Part shown: piece after piece, positions 10,301-24,600 of the stretch | Layout: every line of letters begins with the position of its first letter | Position numbering within the stretch: the first letter of the stretch is position 1 | The notes under the pieces: generated by a model | What the model was told of the DNA's origin: nothing | Seen by the model: the letters and a program-made list of their open reading frames with translations, nothing else | The model's database searches: none | DNA from: Hydrurus foetidus | Taxonomy: Eukaryota | Length of the DNA stretch: 42,162 nucleotides | Assembly: GCA_900617105.1 (NCBI GenBank) | Contig: UYFQ01000638.1 | Coordinates: 1 to 42,162 of the forward strand | Direction: 5' to 3' | Translations under genes and position numbers: made by a program

Positions 10301-13300
10301 CAGGGGTGGCGTATCCGCTCTGTGCCTCCTGCCAGCACAGTGCTCATCCATCAGTTGCTCTCCCTCATCATATCATGGGTGCAGGATACCCAGCAGGACA
10401 GTGGAGACCACTTGCATGGACAGCTGTTGAAGGGTCCACTATTTGCTCGTATATTCGGTGTGCTATTTAGTAACGCAGCTGTACTGTCAAGTGCTCTCAT
10501 GTCACAGACTGTAGTGCTGCTGTCAGACATTGTAAACAACGATCCTGCTCCTCCTGGTATGTTGGGGCACATGTTAAGCAGCGGTATTGCAGATCTCGCT
10601 CTTCGGTCTTGTCTCGACCCACTGCTGCTCTACAGCAGCGAACTTCTCATGGGTGTATCCTGTCTCACATCCGCGTGCTGTTTGATGCAAGAGGGAATAG
10701 ATATGGTGATGCGAATCAATCCTTTCGAGCACCTATTTTCTCTCCTATTGGATGAGAAATACTACTACCCGTATTCAAAGATCTTCATGACAGAGGTGCC
10801 CAATCATTTCGGTGTCAGGTACTACACAGATGTGACTTCATCTTGTGCTTCTTTTTTGTCTGGTGGTGTTCTGTGCTGCTCCATACTGTTGGTCTAATCT
10901 GTATTATTGTCATGTATTGACTGGACGAGGATTTATGTTGATGACGCAATTCATCTAGATGCACTGTCGAATCATAGACGTATTATCTCTCATCACCTCT
11001 GTTTCTCTGCCAATCTCACTTTGTCTCTCTCTTTTCTCTTTCTTTCTCTCTTCTTTCTTTCCATTTTCCTCTTTTCTCACTTTCTCTCACTCACTCTTTC
11101 ATTATTAGTTTGGAAGACTTGATCAGGCATTACCCCACATTGCAAAACCTCTGCCTCAGTGCGCTACTCAGCAAGCTCAGTGACGTCGCAGAACTTGCCT
11201 CAAGCGCTAAAGTAATCTGCGGTCCCCAGAATGAGCCGATTCCGCAGCTGGTGTTGCACTCATCATCAGAAGGAACCGAGCAGGTAAATAATATTCAATC
11301 TACCAGCTTTCGCACAATGGTTCGCCAATTGGCAGAACAGGCAGCACATCTCATCCACATTAACATTTCTTACCTTTTATATCGCCATCCTCTTTTCTCA
11401 TTGTTGCAGCCACCAGTGCGGATGATATCAGCGCTGAACAGGGCATATGCAGTGCTTGCATGCCTCGAGCCACTTCTACAACGCAAAGACACTGTCACCG
11501 AAATGGTTGACAATGCAGAGGTCACCGGCCTGATAAACCTGCTAAGGGCTGGACTGGGCACACCCAGGTTCCTTCTCACGTCCCTTGTGTGTTCTATCGA
11601 CTCCACCCCCCATTCCATAGGGGACTGTCCAGTCATCACCGCGATATCTAGGTGCTTCGGACACATTGCAGAAGTGGAGCCGGAAAAAATCATGGTCATC
11701 ATCCTACAGGCGTTGTCTGCGAGCATCACTGACGTGCAGAAAAGACTCGAGGAGTACTGGACTATGTACGGGGATGCCGCTGCCAGCTCTATTGCTCTTG
11801 ATCTGCATCTGCAAGGACACGACAGACCAGCACCGCCAGACACCTTCAAGCTGCATCGCTTCCTGGACACGATATCGAGGAGACCGCTGCAGGATATCTG
11901 CCCAGAAGAGCTCTCAGAAGACTTGACGGCATTCGCTGACGTACTGAAATCCATAGCTGTAGTAGACTACTTGACATCCTCCCTCGCATCCGTAATACAG
12001 CCTGCGGGGGGTAAGGCACTCTCTGAAGCGTGCATCAAAGTGCTCTCCACTCCTGAGAATGTAGCCACCATCAGACTACTCGTAGATGGGATATACGTGG
12101 GGTGTCAAAGGGAAATGGCCCGAGCCAAGGGGTGCTTCGCTGATGTGAAGAAAGCGGACAAAGTGAAGAATCACCCGGTGTACAAGCTGTTGGTCATTTC
12201 TATGGACAGCATCATTGTTAAGGAGAGTGCGGACGAGAACAGCAAGAGGGTGTGCAAGATAGAGAGAGGAGCTGTAGTGGATGCCTATGAGCGCGTCTTC
12301 AGCACAACTAACATGATGCGCTATAGGGTGGATGACGGATGGGTGAGTCACTTTCGTAATGCATCATCGTCAGAGCCTCAGATACAGGTGGTGGATGTCA
12401 CGTGCAAGAGTGCAGAGATGCTGGAGATTGAAACAGCAGCAGCAGCAGCACTGTCTAGTGACAACAACAAGTCTTCTGATCTCGAGAAGTTTGCTAACAT
12501 ATCGCCCAGGAGGGGTGGTTTCATGTCTTTGTTCCATCTCTTAACATCCACAAGGTATCATCTGCTCATGTATGCATCAACACCTGCAATACTTTACCTC
12601 GCGAACCGCATTACCGCTGATTTTTATAATATCTTCCGTTCTTTCCGCTGTACTAGATACCTGTTGAGCAACATAGTGCGCACTTTTGTAACCACGTCAG
12701 CGGGTCGTCTGGCTCTCTGTGAATCTGGAAAAGCTGTGATATCTGTGCACACACCGCACTACCTCCCGATGGTGCACCAATGCATGCAGTCCATCGTGCC
12801 TCAGCTGTCTGTGTCCACTAATGCGGAGACAGCAATGGAGGCGAGACCCATCACAAAGACTACCTCTGGCAGTGAAAAGGAAGGGGAGAATGAGAGAGAT
12901 GTAACGGATGCGGATGACGAAGATATCGACCCTTCTTTCTTTGTATCTGGAGTGGTTCCCTCAATAACCGATCTGGGTCCGGAAGAGATGTACTTGATCA
13001 TTAACTCGGCTGAGTTGTGCTCCGCCCTCCTCTTCGATGACAGAAGGTATGAGGCGTCAAACCGGTATGACAAAAGGTCAGATATTGATTTCAATGTCTG
13101 TGCACATGTCCATTATTTTATAACACTATTTGCCAACTGTCTGTTTAGGGGTCGACAAGAGGTCAACAGTCTGTTGTTCTCTCACGTGCTCTACAGAGGC
13201 GATCTGCTGGAGAGAGTCATCAGCGCGACTAGCACTGTCTTCTTCTGTGCCTTAGAGTTGGAACCCGACTGCGCAATATCTCCCCCGATCGGTATAGCGG

Positions 13301-16300
13301 CACTTCTAGATACAGGTGCAGGTGTGGCTGCTGAAGAGGAGCATGAAGACGATGAGTCCATGAGTGCTGAGGAGCGCTCTGTTCTATTCGCTAAGAGAGG
13401 GCGCAGGAAAGCTCTCAAAGAGAGACGTCTCCTAGCAGTGTCTAGCATAGACGGCATCATCGACTTCTGGAAGCAGATTCTCACAGTTAGTGGACTGACG
13501 CCAAGCAATTCTGAGAGATCCCTCCAAGGCTTCGTGGATGAAGAGCACGACTTCGACCCTTACGCCTTTAAGAGAAGAACCATCGCCATACTCATGCGCT
13601 ACCTCCCCGCTATGTGGTCACATGAAGCAGTGAGCACTCTGCCCCCTTCTACTGTGCGCAACCTACTGGACCTCATGCAGGTCTCTTTGAAATCCCTTCA
13701 GGACAGCAAGTTTTTCCCTCTTCAAAGCGCAGTGTCGGAGAGAGACCGTCTGCGCACCATATCTGAGGCAGCCACTCTCGCGCTGAACAGTTCAAGAGCC
13801 AGTGCTAGAGCTAGCAGACGTGCTTTAACAGCAGTGGGTGCGAGTGATGGAGTTCAGAGCTCTTTCCGCGTGAACGAGAGCTCTGTCTCTATCCTAACAG
13901 ACATGGGTTTCTTGGCAGAAGACATACGTAGACTGGCCTCTACACTACGCACCAACAGCATCTCAATCCTCACCACACACCTTCTCGAAGTGAGTTCCTT
14001 GCCCCCTGTTACGAGTAGCGCAATCAGCGGCACTTCACTCGACTCCGGTGCTGAGGAAGTCCTACGAGCTGAGCAGACAGGCTCTTCTACAGCAGAAGCC
14101 ACAGCAGTCGCTGAGAACGCCGCCACTACTGCTGAGACTAACTCCGATGCTACTCTTATTGCTACTGCCATTGCTGATGCTGATGACACAGCACCAATAG
14201 CACTTGATGCAGAACCGTCTATGAATATTCAAGACACCACTGAGCAGCTTCCCATTGCAGTCCCAGAGGGCGTGGAAGGAGTATCCTCAGAGACGAAATT
14301 AATTGATTTCTTGTTCACTGTTGCTAAACCTCTGCCTCTTATACCAAGGCTACCCAGTGAGAAAATGTTGAGAGGCAAGACAGTACTGCAGCAGATCTTA
14401 CAGAAGGTGCTCAGCATGGTGCCTTCGTCTTGTCTGCGCTTGATAGAAAGAGGAATTGTGAGGTCGGGTGGTGAATGGGGCATTGAAGTGTCCTCAGCCA
14501 ATCAGGTGCGTTTGTATTTAGTTATGTTGCCACGAAATTTATCGATGAAAGTAAAGGACTTAGTACCCAATCAGTGGTCGGCTCGAGTTCTGTTGACTGC
14601 ATAACTCTTAATAGCGGATGCGGAGTGTACTCTTTTCTACCCGCAAGCTTGTAACATCTCTTCCTTTCATCGCAATCTCATCTCATTCCAACTCACCTAC
14701 TGCTATTCCTACCACTTCCTTCCCTACCTTCTCCTTACATGCAGGGAGTCACACGTGAAGTCACCACGGTCATGGTGTTGAATCAGATGATGCGCTGTCT
14801 GGAGCGACAGAGCTGGTCAGAGGGACTGATGAAAACTGTACAGCTCACCTGGCTATACGAACATGCTATCGGAATCCTAAAGGCTCCATCCACCGTGACT
14901 GATAAGTAAGTGGCTCTGCACTGCAAGTGTGTGTGTGTGTGTATGCGTGTGTTGTAGCGTTGTCAGCGAAATATCGACCGTACTTCGCCTCAAAGTCATT
15001 ACCTGAAACGAATCGTAATGAAGAAAATCTAAGTCATCCGCTGCTTTCTGGTCTCTTATTCCTCTTCTCTTCTTTTATCTAGCGCATCATCTCTGATGAG
15101 TAAGTGGTCACGACTGTATGGGATACTCCACGCCATCCTTCTGCTGCTCGCTGGTAGAGTGGCCTCTGCGCAGCATCCCCGCAACCACCTAGCGGGCAAC
15201 GAGATGCCCTTCCTCATATTCTCCAGAGCACCTCAATTCACCGAGCTGTACGATCTGTTGATACCCGCCCTGGAAAAATTCGCTGCGGTGGAACTGCCTA
15301 TACCTGCACCCCTATCTCCATCTATACCTACATCTACACCTGCACCTATGGGATCCAGTAACGGTGTTGCCGAGAAGAGTGCAGAACCAGTATGGAGTGA
15401 TGTCATAGCAGACCCCGAACCCGCAGTAGAAATGCGGATATCAGAAGAGACTTGTGACGACAAGACTGACGCACCCACACTGACGTCTTCTCAGAACAGT
15501 GACGCACTTATGAGTGATGCAAGCGGAGTTGCCAGTGAGAGGTTGTGGATGGGTCCGGCAGTACTCATTCTAGATTTGATGACTCAGAGCCTCTTGGTGG
15601 ACAAGACTGCATTGAAGGTGAGTGATGCACAATACACGTACATAGATACATGCACCCTTACACGAATAGACTGAATGATGAGGATAAATATAGACATGCT
15701 AATCGGGTTTCCTTGACTTTGCAGTCGGCTTAAGTCGGAATTTGTCCGTAGAACTTCAGCTACATGCTCTATACTGTCGTTGTTATCCATCAGACAGATG
15801 TGACTAGGACAGTCAGTGAGTGAGTGAGTTTTAGATATGTGAAGGAAAGTCGTGGTGCAATCCATCACGACCTTAATACAGACACCTGTTTTAATCACGA
15901 CTGCTTGTATAACCACAAGTCCATCGCATTAGATAACTTTCCTCCCCTCCAATTATTTTAGGTCGCTCTGGAAGAGTTAGAGAAGATGAGTCACATGCAG
16001 CAACTCTTCTCTGGTAACACTGCCAGGTCCAGTCAGAAGCTATCCGACCCTGTAATCGACTCTCAGAGTTCTGATAGCCTCAATGTGGTACGGCGGAAAT
16101 TCGGCGTTAGCAGTAGTAGTACTCGCAGTCTGAGTGTAAGTCAGAATCGTTCATCCTATCAAAGCGACTATGCAGTGTCTCTTGATTTCATTCAGGAGTT
16201 GAAAGATGAGTTCCTTGACAAGAAAGATAGCGTCGTATCCTACAAGAGAAAGAGAAAACTCGCAGCTGTGGATCTGGATGACACAGACGATACTAGTGGC

Positions 16301-19300
16301 GAAGATGTACGCAACCCGTACGGTATGAGGGGTAAGTTCGCCTTCCACGCATCGTACATAGCATCGAAGAAGGCCAACTCTGCTGCAGGAGAAGACATAG
16401 ATGGTGGGGTGGGAAGTAATGACATAGCCATGACAGACTCTCGTCTCCCACTAGCGGTGTGTGGGCTGAGTGCTGCGAAGAAGGAAAGATGTGTAGACAT
16501 ATGTCTCCGACTGCTCCGACAGTACTCCGACTACAAACACAAGATAGACGCACAAACTACACTCCGCGCCATGCATAAAGAGAAAGCTGCCCCCACACCG
16601 TCCCCGGCCACCCCAGCCCTCCCGACCCCCATTCCTATTGATTCCTCGTTACCCCAAGCAGCAGTGCAGCTATTGGTGCACGTTACCAGGGACAGGGATG
16701 TGCGGATGCATTTCGAGAGAAGTGGAGGGGTGCATGCACTGATCTCCACTATACCCCCTTTCGAAGGTACGTAAGTCACGCAGTACATCACATTGTACGT
16801 CATACTTCATATGATAAAATCCTCGTGACCAGAATAAAACCTTTAATTCCCATGTCCTCTTTTAGCGTCACACCGCACTCCCATACTGGCTTCTCATATG
16901 TTCCTACTACACACACTTGTACAGGGATGCCGAACCTGCTGTTTACCGTACTGCAGCACGTGCTGGAAGACCCCACACTCCTCGCAGCCTCCATGGAAAG
17001 CACTGTAAAGATGTGCTGGCTGCGATTGAGCAAGCTAAAGACCAACAAAGTCGCCTTTAAGCATCTCATAGAGATACTGGCTCCACTCATACACCGTGAC
17101 CAACAGACATTTGTGCAAGTTATGCGCACCAACATTCGACTTTTCCGTTCGGAAGGCTTGCTGTGCACTGCACTAAAGGAACCAGTGCAGCAGACAGAGG
17201 CGGAGAAGGAGGGAGAAAAAGCGAAAGAGGGAGAGGATGCTGGTCTCAAGAAACCTTCATCTGCCCTCGATGCAAAACAGACAACTGCAGGAGGGAATGT
17301 GGAGTTGAAGGTAGATGAGAGCACGGGAGAATTAAATATCAGAAAAGCTGGTGAGGGTATCACAACTAGCGACGCTAAAAAAGCGGACGAAATCGTCCCA
17401 GTTATGGAGACAGAAGGGGAGAGGTCTCATGTGAGCACGCCCAAGGTCTCTACCTCTGCCTCTATTTCGACCTCAAGTAATCTAGCCTCTACTAAGCGTC
17501 AGAAAACCGCAGGGAACAATTTCACAGCACTCCCATCTGCTTCCAGTAGCAATGCCCTTTCGAGCAACAGCATAGCAGCTGGGATCAGGACACCTGTGCG
17601 GTCATCCATGAAAGAAAGAAGGAGGAAATCACTGGAGACCGGTACCCCCAATTGTGTGCCTGTCCCAGTGACTGGTGCTCAGTCTGTGATAGAGGACCTA
17701 CTAGGCTTAGCCGTGAGTCAGTGGGCGAGATACCAAGCAGCTGTCAACTACTGCACGCACACATACGGGGCAGCTGATCAGGGTAACCTTCACACTGGTG
17801 TCACTGATGACTCTCAGTCTCACACTTTATCTCTCCCTTCAGCACCCTGCCATTTGACAATAGCAGAGATCATGCTGGTCGTTGGTGATCTGGTGTCAAT
17901 CGTGCCAGGGCTGGCAACTTGTGTGCATAGGTGAGTTGAGTTCGAGTGTACAGCGATGTCAGCGAGATACATGTGTAGTAATGTCATTCTCACTGTTAAT
18001 CGTACGTCTGTATGTCTGTTTCCCCGTGACTTTTTGCTATCCTGCCCTGACCAAAAGCCATCACCACACTACACCACAGGTATCACATAGGCAAGCCGAA
18101 TGTAGCCGTAGCCCCGGTAGGGGTGTCGATATCCTCGACCTCCATCCCTGCGACCTCCTTCGTTACTTCCACACACGCATCTGCCGACTTAAAGGCCCTG
18201 GAGAAATCTCTATGTCTGCCAACTCGACACGTTCTCACTGGACAGGCTCTGCCTTCTACCCTATTCCTCCCCTTTCTCGTGCATCGCTTGGTGATTCCTA
18301 ACACCGCCACTCGTTTCGAACTTCCTGACTCCGCATCACCTGAGACAATAGAGGAAGCGAAAATGCTCCAGTTGATAGCCAAGTGCACATCAGGCGCTAG
18401 GTATGACGAGGCGGCTAGCTACCTCCTTGCAGCTCTTGCATCCAGACCAGGAGATGGCAGGAGGAGGACTATTGAGGAACTCATATCCGCCCTGAGAGTG
18501 ACCTGCCAGCTAGACACAGCTCAACAATTGAAATGTGCCACTCAAGCTGCTAAGGTGATTCAACAATTCATCACTCCACCCGCTGACTGGGCGGCAAGGG
18601 AGACATTCTTCGTACCCTCGAGGGACCTCCTTCAAGCTTTCTCCCAGCTGAACGCACACAAGGTGCTTGATGCAGCCATCTGGGCAGTGAGCACTGCACA
18701 TCCCCTAGCCCTAGAAGCCACTATAAAGATGTGCGAACCATTAGAGACCATCATCAGGAAGGGACTGCCTTTGGTGAAGGCCAAGGGTATTACCCCTCCT
18801 GATGTTGGCACCCCTACAGACATCCCCTCAGGGAAACAAGATATTGCTGCGGAGAGCGGTGCCAGTGTCTTAGGAGTGGAGGACAAAGAGACAGTTACTG
18901 CTGATTCCTCAAAAGCAACAGACAAGGACAATGCAGTCACATCTAGTGAGCCTCCATCTGTATCAAGCATTGCCGTTGGTGCTGCTGTTGGTAAGGTTGA
19001 TGGCACATCCACGTGGGAGATGACTCCTCCTCAGGACGTGCCCATTCTCGGGTCACCCTTAAGGGAGAGAGGGGACACCATCGATTCACATGATAGTGGA
19101 AGTGCCTTGAGAGGGGTAGGGGCGGAACTGGAGCATCTGTCAGAAGACCCCCACCATCTGATGATAGGGGCGGATCAACGCATGACCAACGGTGACAGCT
19201 CTGATGAGCATGACAGTGATGATGGAGATGAGCACGACAGTGACGAAGATGATGATGAGGAGGAGGACGATGAAGAGGATGATGACGACCTAGAGGAGGA

Positions 19301-21654
19301 TGATGATGACGATGAAGAAGATCAGGATAGCGAAGATTACGAGCATGATAGAGATGATGTGCACTTTGAAGACGGTGTAAGCTCAGGGGGAGGTCGTGCC
19401 TCCTTCAACTTCAATGTGGAAGGTGTCAACGTGTCCGGTCGTCTGTCCCCTCGTGGGTGCCCTGATGATGAGGATGATGATGACCATGAACACGACAGAA
19501 TGGATGATGACGCAGGGGAAGAAGAAGACGAAGACGAAGATGCCGATAATATCTTGAACATCAATGATGATGATGACGAGATAATGGACGACATGTTCGA
19601 AATGGCTGATGATGATGAAGATCATGGAGAAGAGGATGAAGAAGAAGAAGATGAAGATGGTGAGATAATGGGTGCAGTAGGCGAGGATGACGAGTTCAAC
19701 GATCTCGAGGAGGATGACGATGCTGCTATGGGAGGTGCACATGCTATGGCTGGTGGCAGAGGGGTAGTTGACTTAGAAGATCAAGAGGGCGAAGAAGAAG
19801 GAGACGCAGATGGAGAGGGGGCGGAGGAATTAGAGGAGGAAGACTACACAGATGCGGAGAGTAGATTCCCTCCAGGACTAGCTAGACTGCTCCCAACAGA
19901 GAGCTTTGGCCGCTCTGCAAATCTTGGCGCCCACTTAATCCGTCTGCAGCAGCAGTTTCATCTTCAGGGGGGTGCTTTAAATCGTCAGCAGCTAATGGGC
20001 ATCACAGCCATGAGGGGTGGATATGGGGCAGATTTGGTGGAGAACGATGACGGAGCTCTGCAGATGCGTGTCAACGGCTATGATGGTGAACCAGTGCGCA
20101 TAGAGGTCGTGAACATTACGGGGGGGCGGGACGGTCGGTCCAGGGGCCGCACACATGTGACCAGTGGAGATGATAGAACCCAGTCCCAAATGCGTAACTT
20201 CATCACAGAAATGATGCCGGGTAGCATGATTGCGACTAGTAACATGGGAGGTGTGTCCAGAGGAGGGTCCAATCCAGTCTACCCCTTCTCCCGCATGGGA
20301 AGGCCTCATGCAACCCCCGCCCTCCCCGCTACTGGTATAGGGGCTTCTCTGCCCTTCCCCGTCACGCACCCCCTCCTGAAGGTGTCCGATCCAGGTCAAG
20401 CACGACAGCTGCAGAATGCCGGATCTGGCCGATCCGGTTCATCCAGTACCAGCGGGGGCATCTTCGGAGCCATCTTCACAGCTATTAGAGAGAGAGGCAA
20501 CCAGGGGTATGATGATGTACGTCAGGCCCGTCTGAGCGTATCCACGAGAAGGAGGGCTCTAGGCCCGTTGGTGTCTGACAGGCGGTGGGGCACGGATATT
20601 GGAGAGGTAGAAATTGTTGGATCCCGCATGCCCACCCTGCTCGCCAATGTAGGCACAGCACTTGGTGACAATCCAGAGCAGTCTAAGGAGAAAGAAAAGG
20701 AGAAGGAGCGACTAGCCGCAGCAACTCACCCTTTTCTGGCGAGACGTGTCACATCAGCTGTGGATGAAGAGCAAGAAATGGATATCATGTATGAAGAGCA
20801 GCCGGGAGGATCGGGAGACGATCACGATGATGATGACGGTGATGACGACGAAAATGAAGATGAAGATGAGGAGGCCGATGATGCAGGTGACAGGGATGAA
20901 GAACAGAGAGACAGGGAGGCAGAAGAGGAGGAGTGCAAGGAAGAAGGAGAGCTAGAAGAGACGAAAGAATGCGATACAAGTGATGCTGTGGGCAGAGGGG
21001 GAGACTCTTCAACTTCCTCTACCACGGTGTTTCCTGCAACTGCTGCTACCTCTTCATCGTCATCCTCATCGTCCCTTGAAGCAGTCCCTGTCCCTGTCCC
21101 AAGCAACTCTTATGCAAATTCCATTATCAATCAGATATTGGCCGCCACACATGTTGTCGATGATGACACGAGCGATGACTCTGCGATTGGTCATGACGCA
21201 TCTGCACCTGCTGCCGTCACCACCCAGTCGGAGGCAGTGACGGATGCAGCTGCAGCTCTCACCGTTGACATCCCTGTCCATACCTCTGACTCTGACGTCA
21301 CACCGGAGCAGTTATTCGCAACACCCATAAGCCTCTATTCGGATTCGACTTCCGAAGCACCCCTTCCAGCAGTCCCAGCTGATGTCATCCCGCCTGCTGT
21401 CCACTCAACAGCACCAGTCGTCAAAACAGGCACATTCCCTGGAGTATCCGATGAGGTCTGGGCTGCATTGCCCTTCGAAATGCAGACAGAGCTCCTAGTA
21501 TCAGTGGGCATGCAGGCAGAGGCAGATGCTCTCTTAGACGCAGAAATAACCGCTACTGGTAAGTCCACAACGCAATACAATGCTTCCATAGCTACCCTCT
21601 CCTGGACGTTTGCATTTGATACAACTTCTCGTAGTGTCTTTATCAAAAGCGCTA

Positions 21655-21692
<38 letters not shown>

Positions 21693-24600
21693 TCTCCACA
21701 TGTCTCTTTCTTTTTCCCTCTCTCACACACACGCACACTCTCTTTCTCTCACTCTCTCTCTCTCTCGCTCCCTCCCCCTCTGTATCAATCGGACACTAAT
21801 GATGACCCCTGACACCACATCTTACCTCTATTCACTTCACAACTCAACTCATCAGGTCTAGACAGGGATGTGTACTTCTCACTACCTCAACAACTGCGTC
21901 AAGAGGTGTTGCACGTGGAGGTCACTGAGAGGAGGAGGAGGGCGTCCTTTGACGAGTCTTCAACACTCCCATCCGCACCTATACCTGCATCTACCGATGC
22001 TCTTCCTGTCGACCAGGACGGTCGAGCCCTCGCATCGCAGTCCTCCTCTGTCACCTCCAGCTCCACTGCTCTCCCTGCACAATCCATCCCCATCATGAAC
22101 CTCTCCTTCGACTCTGTCTTCGCGTCAGCAGGCCTAATACCAGGAGTGACACTCAATCAGCTTCAAGCACAGACACAGCAAGCATTGGCCTCACCTGTCG
22201 CATCAGGGGTTCCACCATCACTATCAGCTGTGGGCCTTGCAGTCGCGGCTGTGGCAGCACCTGCATCTGATGAGGGATCCGAGAACGCTAGATTCCTTGC
22301 ATCTCTTTCTTTCGACCTGCGGCAAGATGTGCTACTCTCTGCTGACCCTGCATTCCTGCTCTCCCTCCCCGCCTCCGCTCAGGCAGAAGCTCGTCTGATG
22401 CGCAACGCTCATGCAGGTCGTTCCAACATACTGCACAGCTTCATGGAGCGAGACGGCTCCGAGATTGCGAGAGGCAGGCCGGTAGGGGAGTCAAGGAGAG
22501 CTCTGGACGAATTCTCTATCCCTGTGGAGCCAATCGGGTATGCAGAGATGAGAAGGCAATCAAGGGAGAGAACAGCTCTGGGCATGCTGGAAGCACAAGG
22601 CAGAGGTGGAGGAGTGTTAGAGAATATTATTCCCTTGGCTGCTCCTGTGTGTGTGGCTACAACTCTCTTCCTCACCGATGACCGGGACGCCAGAGGCAAC
22701 GACTTGCCCTTCAGCGCTGCCATGATCGTCCGTCTATTCGGGTGTATGTTGGGGGTTACAAAGGTGCGCGGTCCCCGTCCACTCCTCCGTCTACTGGCCA
22801 CAACTTGTAGGTACCGATCTTGCAGACCATGGGTGCTGCGTGCGTTGGTGTCCGTGCTGACCAAGGACTCCAACCTATTCCTGCACTCCATGAGTATGAT
22901 CATCGCTGTGCAGAGGGAAGGGGTAGATTCATCTGCTCCATTCGACAACTCCATCCACCTTGAAGTCGTAATGCTAGGCAAGCGCATTAGAGATTCTGCT
23001 ACAGCGCTCACAGATCTGTCCGCTAATGCGGTGGAGTTGAGGAGGTTCCTTAGCCTCTTGAGCTACGCTATGAAAAAAACTGACAAGTTGGTGTGGTTCG
23101 ATCTACTGGTGCGACCAGAATTCAGTGCTTACCGGATAGTTGGTTCCGTCAGCATGCGGTGCACAGACCTCAATAGACAGGAGGAGAGGGAGAAACAGGG
23201 AGAGAAGTGGCTGTTCGGATCGCTGCTCGGTCTACTCAGCGATCCTGCCACACTCAACTCCAGCCCCGCTCTGGACACTGCCCTGCACGTCATTGAAATC
23301 ATGTGTGAGCCACTCTCCCGCCTTAGCGTTGATGAGGCTAATGTGCTGGCCTCTTACCAAACACACCGATGGGTGAAGAAAGCAGTCGTGATGGATACAG
23401 CGGCTCCCGCCCCTTTGTGCGAGAAAGGACACACAATGCAAGTGTCTGGATATGCTGGCGACGGTTATGACGGAGGGTTCCACTGCGACAATTGCGTGCA
23501 GTACAGAGAGGAAGGGGAGAGGTGGCTGTGTCTCACCTGTTCCTGCGATATTTGCTTTCAGTGCTTCCCTGCACCCCTCCCATCTGTCCCTGTCGTGGCC
23601 GATGCAGCCGCTGAAGCCTCTAGCAGTAGTGGGAGTTCTGATGAATTGGCAGACGCACCCGTGTCTACGGAAGATTTGAACTCAGGACCGAGGACCAAGA
23701 AAGCTAGGAAGTCCACTGTATCCGAGAGCACAACATCCCTTCCAGAAACTTCTGCTGCAGCTGTAGATACCAATGCAACCTCCTCCTCCGCTCCATCTTC
23801 ATCCTCCTCCTCTTCATCCTCATCCTCGGTGCTCTCAGAAGCTACGATCATAGCTAACGAGGAACAGTCCCTGCTTTCGACAGTTTCCAACCCTCCTGCA
23901 GGGATTCAATTAGAGGAGCAGGGAGTGGACATTCCCTTCCCCATCCTGGGGCCCATAGAATGTCAGATACTAGCTGACCTTAGCGGGTCAGAGGCGTGTG
24001 GTGGCGGGATGGGCAAGAGGTTGATGAGGATCCTACGACCTCTTGCTCTGCACGACAAGAACTGGTATCAAATGTTACAAGCACTCAGCTTTGTGGGTAG
24101 AAAACTTGCGAAGAGTGCTTTAGAAGAGGTCCTAGCAGTGAGAGATATCCTGTCTTCTGTGGTGCAGCAGAGGGGCAATGCCCAGTCCGCCATGTCCCTC
24201 CCCCAACTCTCCACTCCTCGATCTGTCTCTGAGTTGAGGCTGTTACAGGTCTTGAGGCTCATGACTGTGCTACGCTCCAAACAGACCTCAGGGAGTCCGG
24301 CAGCAGCAGCGGCAGCGGCAGCAGCGAGGGCTGGTGCTGTCACAGATCTATCTGGCAACTCTCTTTCTTCTTCAGCCAAACCGTTGAGAGCGGGAGCAGG
24401 TACCGCGTAAATTCTGATTTTCTCCATGGCACTACGCGTCACAACAAGGCACTATGTCTTTTAAACTCACGTTCCCCGCTGTCTTGTTCCTCCACATAAG
24501 TTACCTTCTTGATCTTCAATTTTCTCCACCGTATACATATCAATTACTATCGCCTTTCACTCTGTCTTTTGACCCCTCTCCCATCTTACCTCTTACTAAC

